The position numbers and the translations under genes are program-made. Under the pieces are notes generated by a model. It was not told the origin of the DNA and searched no databases. It saw nothing but the letters and a program-made list of their open reading frames with translations. This document shows positions 45,642-54,800 of a DNA stretch of 64,000 nt, in pieces. How positions within the stretch are numbered: position 1 is the stretch's first letter; every line of letters begins with the position of its first letter. This DNA comes from a virus, in the IMG/VR virus record IMGVR_UViG_3300037851_000553, positions 1 through 64,000 of that record; one strand, 5' to 3'.

Positions 45642-46485
45642 GAACGGATTTGTATATTTCCATCAAGGCATGACAGATCTAGTTATCTGCATGGGGTTGA
45701 TAGATTATTATAGAGAATTATACAAGAATATAAAGGTGTTATTAAGATCCGACGCCAAAGAAATGATGGATTTCTATATTCGTGGAAAAGACAATGTAGA
45801 GCCAATTTATTTTAATGGAGACGACGGTAGATATTATGGAACAATATCAAAAACAGATATAGTTACAAATTCAGACTATTTTTTTTGTCCTTCTGATTTG
45901 AATGGTTATGGTAATTTGTGGCTAAACCCAAGTTATGCGATGCTTACGCACGCAGAACATGACAAATGGAGAGAAGATTGTCACGCCTTTTATTGGTACA
46001 GACAAAACAAAAAGCCAGCAGCATATTTTTCCGAGGCTTTTTATACTTTTTATGATATTCCATACACAACAAGAATAAATAAATTTAATGTAAACAGAGA
46101 CCTTGATTTAGAACAAAGTGTCTACAACCAGTTTATAAAAGAAAACGGTACAGATTATATATTGTATCACGATGATCCAAACAGGGACGCAACACCAGTA
46201 AAAGGTGTTCCTTATAGATCAACAAAAATCAATTTTGATTCTATTGACGAAAACTATAAATATGTAAACCTTCATAGAAAATCAAAGATATTTTTTGATT
46301 ACATAAAAGTGATCGAAAACGCAAAAGAATTGCACCTTGTTGATTCTGTTTGGGCGTGCTTGATATATCAACTAGACTGTAGATACGAATTGTTCAGAAA
46401 CAAAAACATAAATATCTATTGTCAACGCGGCCATTACAACCTATTTTCTAATCCAATTGTACTTCCAAACTGGAGACTAATATGA
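45631..46485 (+). CDS. hypothetical protein
   Basis: 284 aa, TTG start, no recognised motif. Confidence 0.4.
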   Translation: MSNKNGFVYFHQGMTDLVICMGLIDYYRELYKNIKVLLRSDAKEMMDFYIRGKDNVEPIYFNGDDGRYYGTISKTDIVTNSDYFFCPSDLNGYGNLWLNPSYAMLTHAEHDKWREDCHAFYWYRQNKKPAAYFSEAFYTFYDIPYTTRINKFNVNRDLDLEQSVYNQFIKENGTDYILYHDDPNRDATPVKGVPYRSTKINFDSIDENYKYVNLHRKSKIFFDYIKVIENAKELHLVDSVWACLIYQLDCRYELFRNKNINIYCQRGHYNLFSNPIVLPNWRLI

Positions 46486-47315
46486 AGGTACATGCTAATG
46501 TGCCGTTTCGCAACGAGGCGGTATTATTAAAACATCTTGTTCCAATTTGGAATAAATATCCAATTGATGAGTGGGTTTTCTTTAACGATAGATCAACAGA
46601 CAATAGTGTAGAAATTGTTAAAACTTTAGACGCTAAAGTTACAATAATTGATAACACAGAAGCTATAGCTGGCGGCGAGTGGCACGAAACAAAGTGTAGA
46701 CAGGTCATGCTAGATTACAGTAGAAAAAATAAAGCAGAACTTATTTTTGCTATTGATGCAGATGAATTCTTATCTTCCAACATGGTTAAAAACTGGGATG
46801 AACTAATAAACATACTGAGCGACATGAGTTTGAACACATACTGGTATAACTTTGTAGATGACACACAGCATATAAGACAAGATTCACAATATTTACATAA
46901 TTATAAAACTTTTATTATGCACGTTCCAAGTGTGTTAAATTTTACTGGCAATCTACTCAAACACACGCCAAGAACCCCGTTTACAGTGCAGAACCAAGTT
47001 AAAACCAAAACATACGGACTTATGCATCTACAATCCATGAATGTTAAGTTTTATGCACTAAAACAGTTGTGGTATAAACACTGGGAATATCACGTAGAAA
47101 AGCGTCCTATAGAATTTATCAACAGAAGATACGATCCGGTGGTAAACAACCTAGATTTTAATAAAACAAGAATAGAACATTATCTTGTAGAAGGAATAAG
47201 TTTAGATCCTAGCATTTTCGATGAATTGTTAGAAGTCAAGGGATATAAAAAATATATCTTAGAGAACCTAGTTCCAGAACTTGTAACATTTGGTAAAGAA
47301 TTTTTGGAGGATTAA
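46482..47315 (+). CDS. GT2-like glycosyltransferase
   Basis: VFFNDRSTDNSVEIV and IFAIDADEFL. Confidence 0.6.
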   Translation: MKVHANVPFRNEAVLLKHLVPIWNKYPIDEWVFFNDRSTDNSVEIVKTLDAKVTIIDNTEAIAGGEWHETKCRQVMLDYSRKNKAELIFAIDADEFLSSNMVKNWDELINILSDMSLNTYWYNFVDDTQHIRQDSQYLHNYKTFIMHVPSVLNFTGNLLKHTPRTPFTVQNQVKTKTYGLMHLQSMNVKFYALKQLWYKHWEYHVEKRPIEFINRRYDPVVNNLDFNKTRIEHYLVEGISLDPSIFDELLEVKGYKKYILENLVPELVTFGKEFLED

Positions 47316-48281
47316 ATGAAGGTCTTGCTAACCGGTGGGAGTGGATTTTTGGGAAGAAATATTCAAGAATATTTCAAAAGCCTAAAGGGGTATGATTTGA
47401 TATCAGTTTCTAGTCGTGATTATGACCTGCGTGATAGTCGTGCTTGCTGTAAGATGTTAGAAAAACACCGACCAGATGCTATTGTTCACGCCGCCGGAAG
47501 CGTTGGCGGAATTTTAGCAAACAGCAAAAACCCTGGCAAATTCATGTATGACAACCTTGCTATGGGTATAAACATGATTGAAAACACCAGAAGATATAGA
47601 GATAACCATCTTTATAAAGTAAAATTTATAATGATAGGAACCGTCTGTTCTTACCCAAAGCACACACCGGTACCGTTCAAAGAAGAAAGCCTGTGGGACG
47701 GTTATCCAGAAGAAACAAACGCTCCATACGGAATCGCTAAAAAGACACTGATGAAACTTTGTGAAACTTATCACCAACAATACGAACTAGATATTGTAAA
47801 TTTGATTCCGGTGAATATGTATGGCCCACACGACCATTTTAATCTAACAACAAGCCACGTTATACCAGCTTTAATTTTAAAATTTTATTCAGCAATCAGG
47901 AATAAAAGAAAAAAAATAGAGGTATGGGGCACCGGCGAGGCGTCTAGAGAATTTTTATACGCAAAAGATTGTGCCAGAGCAATAGAGTCTGTTCTTTACT
48001 ACAATTGGGATAGAACCATTGGGCCAGAACCTATAAACATTGGTACCGGACAAGAAATCACCATCAAAGACCTTGTTGATGAAATTGGTGAACAAATGGG
48101 TTTTAAAGGAACAATTGAGTGGGATTTTTCTAGACCAGACGGACAACCACGACGCTGCTTAGATGTTGGTAGTGCCAAAAAGCGTCTTGGTTTTAAAGCA
48201 GAAACAGATTTAAAAACCGGACTAAGACAAACCATTGATTGGTTTTTGACAACCAAAAAACAAAAAGAAACTGGAGAATGA
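47316..48281 (+). CDS. fcl: GDP-L-fucose synthase
   Basis: LTGGSGFLG, AAGSVGGILAN, GTVCSYPK, NAPYGIAKK, NMYGPHDHFNLTTSHVIPAL, WGTGEASREFLY, RPDGQPRRCLDV. Collinear with E. coli Fcl as I recall it. Confidence 0.9.
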   Translation: MKVLLTGGSGFLGRNIQEYFKSLKGYDLISVSSRDYDLRDSRACCKMLEKHRPDAIVHAAGSVGGILANSKNPGKFMYDNLAMGINMIENTRRYRDNHLYKVKFIMIGTVCSYPKHTPVPFKEESLWDGYPEETNAPYGIAKKTLMKLCETYHQQYELDIVNLIPVNMYGPHDHFNLTTSHVIPALILKFYSAIRNKRKKIEVWGTGEASREFLYAKDCARAIESVLYYNWDRTIGPEPINIGTGQEITIKDLVDEIGEQMGFKGTIEWDFSRPDGQPRRCLDVGSAKKRLGFKAETDLKTGLRQTIDWFLTTKKQKETGE

Positions 48282-48283
48282 TA

Positions 48284-48730
48284 ATGAAACTAGGGTTTTA
48301 TTTAGAGACAAACGGCGGAACACCACAAAACACTGAAATTTATAATTTCTTAAACAGAGAAATAGAAAATGGTAACCTAAGAGACGCAGCAGTATTTTTT
48401 AACTCTGTTAATTTTAATCCGATTACAACAAAATTTGGAATGTTTGACGCAACAGAACTATGGCACTTTACTGGTAAGCTGGTTACTACATCGGTACTAA
48501 ATACGGTTAGAGCCAAAAATGTAGTAAACAAATTTGATATGGCTTATATCTTCAACTCACAAGACAAGAACGAACAGACAATTTTTGAACTTGTTAGAAT
48601 TGGAAAAACAATGCCGGTTATAGTTACCAACGAATTAGAAAGAAAAGAATTTTATAGACTAACCGGTATAGAGCCAAAGTTACTAGACGGTTTCTCATTA
48701 GAAAAATTTGGAGAAATTTTCCATGAATGA
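48284..48730 (+). CDS. hypothetical protein
   Basis: I chose the ATG at 48284, just after the fcl stop. Confidence 0.4.
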   Translation: MKLGFYLETNGGTPQNTEIYNFLNREIENGNLRDAAVFFNSVNFNPITTKFGMFDATELWHFTGKLVTTSVLNTVRAKNVVNKFDMAYIFNSQDKNEQTIFELVRIGKTMPVIVTNELERKEFYRLTGIEPKLLDGFSLEKFGEIFHE

Positions 48731-49487
48731 ATTTGACAAAACCGTAATCAGTATGTACAATGAACGAAACAAGAGTACATACGAAATTGCTAAAGAATTA
48801 AAAACATATCCAAACAAGATCAGAAGAACCCTGATAAAGCATGGATATGAACTAAAAGATAAAAGCGAAGCACAAAAAACAGCCTTGAAGTCTGGGCGTA
48901 GCACACACCCAACCGCTGGAAAAAAACGCACAGCAGAAGAACGTGTTGCAATAAGCAGCAGCTTGGTTGATTATTGGGAAAAAATGAACAAAAAAGAACG
49001 AGAAAAACGTATCGAAGCAGCAAAATCTAATTGGCAAAACATGACAGAAAGCCAAAGAGAAACGATGCGTTCAAAGGGAATCGCTGCTATTCGTGCTGCG
49101 GCGGTTGGCGGCTCTAAATTAGAAAAATTCTTTCAAGAAAGAATTCAAGAAGCTGGATATTCTGTTGAAGCCCACAAACTACTAATTCCCGTAGAAAATC
49201 TAGAAATTGATTTGTACATCCCCAAAATCAAGACTATAATAGAGGTAGATGGACCATCGCACTTCTTGCCAATCTGGGGAGAAGAAAAGTTACAAAAACA
49301 AGTGAACGCCGACCTAAGAAAAAGCGGCGTTTTGTTGAGCAAAGGATACGCAGTGATTCGTGTAAAGTCACTGGGACAAGAATCGTTGGCAAAGAAAGAA
49401 CAGTTGATCGAACAGGTACTAACCCATATCTATGAAATTGACAAGGCTTTCCCGCCACGCAACAAACGTTTTATAGAGGTTGAATAA
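48723..49487 (+). CDS. HTH plus DUF559/Vsr-like endonuclease, possible homing endonuclease
   Basis: N-terminal STYEIAKELKTYPNKIRRTLIKHG (HTH). C-terminal LEIDLYIPKIKTIIEVDGPSHF, the same nuclease signature as 9230-9646. Confidence 0.5.
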   Translation: MNEFDKTVISMYNERNKSTYEIAKELKTYPNKIRRTLIKHGYELKDKSEAQKTALKSGRSTHPTAGKKRTAEERVAISSSLVDYWEKMNKKEREKRIEAAKSNWQNMTESQRETMRSKGIAAIRAAAVGGSKLEKFFQERIQEAGYSVEAHKLLIPVENLEIDLYIPKIKTIIEVDGPSHFLPIWGEEKLQKQVNADLRKSGVLLSKGYAVIRVKSLGQESLAKKEQLIEQVLTHIYEIDKAFPPRNKRFIEVE

Positions 49488-50290
49488 TGAAAGATTTTAG
49501 TGATTTTGGTTCAAAAGACATTTTTGAAGGTTTAGATCTTGCAATTCCTACGTCTACACCGGGAGAAAATGGTAGCCCAGTAATCGACAAGATCGTGGTT
49601 TGTATTCCAAAGAGAACTTCTCCAGAGTGGAACGATTATGTTCTTTCTCTTTTTGAAGAAAACGAAATGTTTGAGGGTCGCCCACTTTGTGCTGGTCTAA
49701 GAAGGGTCGCAGAATTGGTCATGGGTCCAATCATGATTAGTAGGCCAACGCAAGTGTTTCCACCAAAAGAAAGCGACGGCGTTGGTCGTGCTACCGTTGT
49801 TTGGGAGGTCGTGTTCGAAACTGGGCACTTGTTTTCAGATGTTGCTGACTGCTGGGAAGGAAACACAGACGACGCTTTCTGTGTTTTCAATACGGCAACC
49901 GCCGCAACAAGAGCAGAAGGGCGTGCTCTAAGAAAGGCATTGGGTCTAAAGACTGTTGCAGCAGAAGAAATGACAAACAAAAATACTGCCAGCGTGGCCA
50001 AAGAATTGAGCATAAAGAAGAACACTTCAACAGAGGGTGAGTATGACGAATCCCAAAGAATGACTGATGCTCAAGCAAATTTCATTGATGTTAAAGCCAA
50101 GCAGCTTGATATAAACGTAGCAGCGTTTTTTAAACAGGTTTTTTCTATAAATGTAAACCGTAAAATTGACAAGCGACAGGCTAGTGCTGCCATTGAGCGT
50201 TTGAATGAATATCAACAAGACAAAACGTTAATACCAACAATTCCTAGTATCAAAGGCTATCAAAATGATTGGAGAAGTACAGTAAGATGA
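49487..50290 (+). CDS. hypothetical protein, possibly a Rad52-like annealing protein
   Basis: ATAATRAEGRALRKALGL loosely resembles the Rad52-family A.TDA.KRA...fG helix. Weak. Confidence 0.3.
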   Translation: MKDFSDFGSKDIFEGLDLAIPTSTPGENGSPVIDKIVVCIPKRTSPEWNDYVLSLFEENEMFEGRPLCAGLRRVAELVMGPIMISRPTQVFPPKESDGVGRATVVWEVVFETGHLFSDVADCWEGNTDDAFCVFNTATAATRAEGRALRKALGLKTVAAEEMTNKNTASVAKELSIKKNTSTEGEYDESQRMTDAQANFIDVKAKQLDINVAAFFKQVFSINVNRKIDKRQASAAIERLNEYQQDKTLIPTIPSIKGYQNDWRSTVR

Positions 50291-50619
50291 AAGTTAATTA
50301 TCAAACAAGAGACGGGCGTTTGAGTGTTGAGCTAGAAGGCGATTCTCAAAAGGATATCTTTCAAGAAATCAGCCGTTTTCAAGAAGTGTTTGAGGAAAGC
50401 ACTTGTGGAAAATGTTCTAGTGATAATCTACGTTACGTAGTTCGTAACGTTGATGATAATCTATATTATGAACTTAGGTGCGGCGAATGTCATGCCAAGC
50501 TATCTTTTGGTGTTCACAAAAAGGGCGGCGGATTGTTTCCCAAGAGAAAAGAAGGGGAAACTTGGCTTCCTGATCGCGGTTGGGTCAAGTGGAATCCAAA
50601 GACAGAACAAAACGAATAA
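50287..50619 (+). CDS. hypothetical zinc-ribbon protein
   Basis: CGKC...CGEC. ATGA overlap with the upstream gene. Confidence 0.4.
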   Translation: MKVNYQTRDGRLSVELEGDSQKDIFQEISRFQEVFEESTCGKCSSDNLRYVVRNVDDNLYYELRCGECHAKLSFGVHKKGGGLFPKRKEGETWLPDRGWVKWNPKTEQNE

Positions 50620-50631
50620 CAGGAACAAGTC

Positions 50632-50943
50632 ATGGAAGATAAATATGTTGCCGTGATAGAACCCGTCATTGGAATAATTAGGGTTTTTAAGCACGATCAA
50701 GTCGCAATGGTAGATCCCTATGAATTTTCTGCCACCGTACTTTACTCAGAAAATGGAGAAGTTGCAGAACTAGCCGGTGCAACAAGCAAGGGCGGAATAT
50801 CATTTATACATTTTAGAGAAGCGATTTTTAAAGAGTTATACAGGCTTGGTGTAAAGCATCTGAAATGGAATAGAAGATCAAAAAATCGTGACAAAAGATA
50901 CGTAATGATTGATGTGTTGTCGTACCTAGAAAGAAGAAGTTAA
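50632..50943 (+). CDS. hypothetical protein
   Basis: 103 aa. Last gene of the + strand block. Confidence 0.4.
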   Translation: MEDKYVAVIEPVIGIIRVFKHDQVAMVDPYEFSATVLYSENGEVAELAGATSKGGISFIHFREAIFKELYRLGVKHLKWNRRSKNRDKRYVMIDVLSYLERRS

Positions 50944-50944
50944 G

Positions 50945-50977
50945 AAAAAACCCCGTCCTTTTTGGGCGGGGTCTTTT
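50945..50977. terminator. bidirectional rho-independent terminator between convergent modules
   Basis: CCCCGTCC-ttttt-GGGCGGGG hairpin flanked by AAAAAA upstream and TTTT downstream, so it can serve both strands. Confidence 0.7.
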
Positions 50978-51002
50978 CATTTTAAAACAAGCGGGTGTTG
51001 TA

Positions 51003-51767
51003 TTACAGGTATTCCAGCGTAAAATACAGACCAAAATCTGTCTTGCTGCCTATACTGTCTGGCGAAGCACTCAGTGCAATATACCAGTCGTGTCTTGTTG
51101 CACGACAAGATTCTCCAGATTGCGAAATCCAATTTATATAGGTGCCATCACCAGTTGCTAGAATTTCATCTGAGCTAGTGTTCAAACCGCTTGGACCTGG
51201 GCCTGGGGTCAACACCATGTCAGCCATAGTAAAGCCATCTGCAAACTGCACCCAGCCGTGTTGATTTGATACACCACGATGACGAAGCGGACCAATGTTA
51301 GATGCGAAATTTACCCCCTCTACCGGGTGTGGATGACGTACTTCGTAGACCTGTGTTGTCACCCCGCTGGCGTGGTTAGAAATATCGTTACGATCAAAAA
51401 TACGCAGCTTGCAATTTTGAACTCTAACACCTTCGTCGTGCTCAAAACGAATATTTAGCGGTGCGGCAATATTTGGGATGCCAGACGTACCGGTTGTGGT
51501 TGTGCTGCTTTGAATCCAAACGCCGCTGTTTGGAAACGCTACCGTATCACGATATTTTGTATTTGAGCATCTTACACCAGACGCCGTACCGTTAGAATTG
51601 GTAACATATGTGCTGCTTTGATACTCGTTCACTGGAACAGAAATTCCAAAACCGCCGCCAAAAAACCCTAGCCCAGACCCCGCTGTATGATTTATTAAAT
51701 CTGGTGGGGTGCTTGGACTCCCAGGATAGATATTTGTATTATTAGCATGAAATGTAATTGTCGCCAT
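51003..51767 (-). CDS. hypothetical virion-associated protein, Ser/Thr/Gly-rich
   Basis: 254 aa with a strong AAAGGAG RBS. Has SSTTTTGTSG and GFFGGGFG segments. Last gene of the - strand operon. Confidence 0.5.
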   Translation of the reverse strand: MATITFHANNTNIYPGSPSTPPDLINHTAGSGLGFFGGGFGISVPVNEYQSSTYVTNSNGTASGVRCSNTKYRDTVAFPNSGVWIQSSTTTTGTSGIPNIAAPLNIRFEHDEGVRVQNCKLRIFDRNDISNHASGVTTQVYEVRHPHPVEGVNFASNIGPLRHRGVSNQHGWVQFADGFTMADMVLTPGPGPSGLNTSSDEILATGDGTYINWISQSGESCRATRHDWYIALSASPDSIGSKTDFGLYFTLEYL

Positions 51768-51819
51768 TTAAAATCTCCTTTTTGAAAGATTATCTGTATT
51801 ATTATACACAAAAAACTAA

Positions 51820-54800
51820 TTATCGCGGATTAATTCTCACAGTAACGTGCTGTTCCGCACACTCTGTAATATTTCTAAAATCTCCATGAAAATCTGAGTT
51901 GGACGCCAACCAAGTCATAGAGATATCGTTATGAAAATGAAAAAAAACATCATATTGTCTGTTTTCAGATAGCAGTGTCTGATCCAAAATATATAAAACT
52001 TCATGAGACTTATCAATAAACGCCCCGTTCTCTGCGGCTGGCGTAAACCCCGTTGTCAAATGCGTCCCCTGTGGCTCTGGGGCGGCGATTCGCACTATTT
52101 CCTGGCCGTCTCGTTTCATAAGGTATGGCTTTGAATCTACATAAACCTTTGAATAAACTCTTCCGGCCACAAAATATGCTTCAAAATCTTCACCGGCGGC
52201 AGTATCAATCGTTCGAATCGTTATTTGGCCACTTGAGTTTGGACCAAAAACGTCTTGCTTCGCAGCAAAAGATGAAAAATTTGTGATAACGCCTGGGCTT
52301 ATACATTTTAATCCAGCAACTGATCCTCCAACGCCGGTCGCGGTTACTTCAAAACTAATTTGTAAACTAGAAGAACCAACAACGTCTCCAACGGCATAAC
52401 TATTTCCAGCGTTTTTAATAACAATTTTATTCAATAGGTTCTCTACCGGAGTATCATTCAAACTAGCAGAGTCAATAACCCTGTCGCCATTAGAAAAATT
52501 AATAACTTCATTTTCCTCAAAACTAACACCAACCGTTAGGCGTCCATATTTATATGGCAACAACTTACCAACACGGTTACTGTTTACATGCCAAAATCTT
52601 TGATTGTTAATAACTGCTGGTAAAAATTGACCATTATAACAAGCATCCAACAAAACATATTCGCCGGTTGTCAAAACAACGCTTTGATAATTTTCTCCGT
52701 CCTCATGGCTATCTGTTTCATATCTAGAAATTTCTCTAAAATCAACCGTACTAAATGTTTTTGTAGAAGAATAAAAAAACGTAATAGGATTACCATTTTC
52801 GTCTCTACCACTAAGTTCAACGTTTTCTGTTTCTCTGTTGAAATCCTCAACCGTTCCGTCGTCTTTTACAAACTTATTGTTTGCATATCTTACGTCTGGA
52901 TTAAAATGATGAACCGCGAACGTTCTTGGGTCATACAACAGTTGATCCCTTGGATGCTGTTGATAGATACGAACACTCAAATCAATGATATTCTCTTGTC
53001 TATAAGAATCAAGAAATGACGCAACGCCCCATGTTTTATCTTGACCGGTGTTTCCAGCAGAAACGCTAAATCTACCATTTGCAGCAGCACCCATACCGTA
53101 AATATTATCAGTAATAAAATTAATCTGCGAGTTTGCAGAAACGGTCGTAAAAGTTGTAATGACACCAAATGCACCGGCACCACGCCAATTTCCATTCAAC
53201 GATCTTGTCCACGTTAAAGCACCCCCATTTTCAGCTTCCCAATATGAGAACTCGTGCAAGTTAGTATAAGAAGGTTTATAACTAAGATCTCCACCCCACT
53301 TTAATCCATGGTCCGGTTGATACAATAATTCAAAATAATCAGAATTAAGCTGAGTTTCTCTATCTTCAACAAAATATGAACATGGACGCTTGCCGTCTTT
53401 TTGTGTTCTATGTGCCTCAACACAAAAACCTACTCTGCTTCCGTGTGATCCGGTGTTTACAGATAGGTCTTTAACTTTTTCAAAAGCCGCCGCGTTGTTT
53501 GCATCTCTGCCAAATTGAACATATCCTTCCATCTTTAGTGGGCGAAACGTCAAAGATTGTCTATTTACTGGAAGCAAATCAAACGCACTATCACCTTTTG
53601 TATAGCGATTTTCTTCTTCATCCTCGTCCGATAGGCTTTCTTTACTAAGCCAACATGCCTGTAAAAAGGCTCTTGATGCTTCTAGGTGTTTGTCGGCACT
53701 TGGATTGTAAAAGTTTTTAAACCTATGAACCGAATATATAGGGCTACCATTTTCGCCTGTTGGGGAAGCGTTCAACATAACATCTGCTGGCATTTGAGGA
53801 AATGTTAACGCTGTATTCTGAACCTGTTCAGCAAAAAGATTGGCACTATAGCGGTCGTCATATCTAGACCAACTGTTGTTGTTTTCTGTAAGCTCTTCTA
53901 GTGGATCTGCAACGGCTGGTTGACGACAATTGTTTCTGTCGCTAGTAGCGTTTGCGGCACGAAGCGGATACGATGAATAATTCTCACCCTGTGTCCAAAA
54001 AAATACACTAGGATCAACAATGGAACCGGTGGTGCTTCCTATAATGTTCCAATTTCTAGCTTGAATAAACTGTGTTGTGTTATTGTAACCCTCTGGAAAA
54101 AAGCAACCAAAAAATAATCCTGCGTGTGCGGCATTTCTTGTTGCAAATTGTGGATTTGGTTTTGGAATTTCTCGACCAGCACTATTTTTTATAGCACTCG
54201 TTGTAGAAATTGAACATAGATCTTCTCCAGCCTGTCCTATAAAACTCCCCGGCACGCCCCTGATACCAAAAAGTTTTTTATCTAGATAATCAAAAGATGT
54301 TGTCTGAAAATATCCATGAGCAATCTGTGTTGGAATAAAACCTACGGTATTAAATGGTTGCTCTTTGTTATAACCGCCACTTACACCATAATCAGTATTC
54401 TCATTCAGAGAATCTCCTTGATAGTACAGTTTATGAAACGATAATTCTGCGTCTCTTGGTGAAAACCTTGCACCATTTTCTGTTCTAAAAAAGAACTCAC
54501 TATTTGTGGCCATATAAGTAAATTCACCCCAACGGTTAACTCCAGCAACAACAGCGTCACCTTCGTCGGTTCCAGCCCACAAAGGAATAACGTGCCACTG
54601 ACCGTCTATACGCGACAACAAAACTTCTTCGTCTCTTTTGAATCTTCTACGCGTATTATAATTATAAACAACTATAGTTTCTTTTTTCTTGTTGGTTGCG
54701 TCTCTACATCTTACATCGTCTGAATCTAAATAATTTGGCTGCCACTGTAAAGGATTACCATTTTGAGGGCGAATTGGCATAGCAATTCCGCTGGCTGGAA

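Noticed and set aside
48690-49520. Possible flank duplication around the second nuclease gene (FGEIFHE upstream versus FGSKDIFEG downstream)
   Set aside because: Similarity is limited to a few residues, and the DNA does not align convincingly. This is unlike the clear duplicate around the HNH gene.
51768-51819. Internal promoter for the 254 aa gene on the - strand (TATAAT at 51801-51806, read on the - strand)
   Set aside because: There is no acceptable -35 hexamer at 16-18 nt, and TATAAT-like hexamers are frequent in AT-rich sequence.
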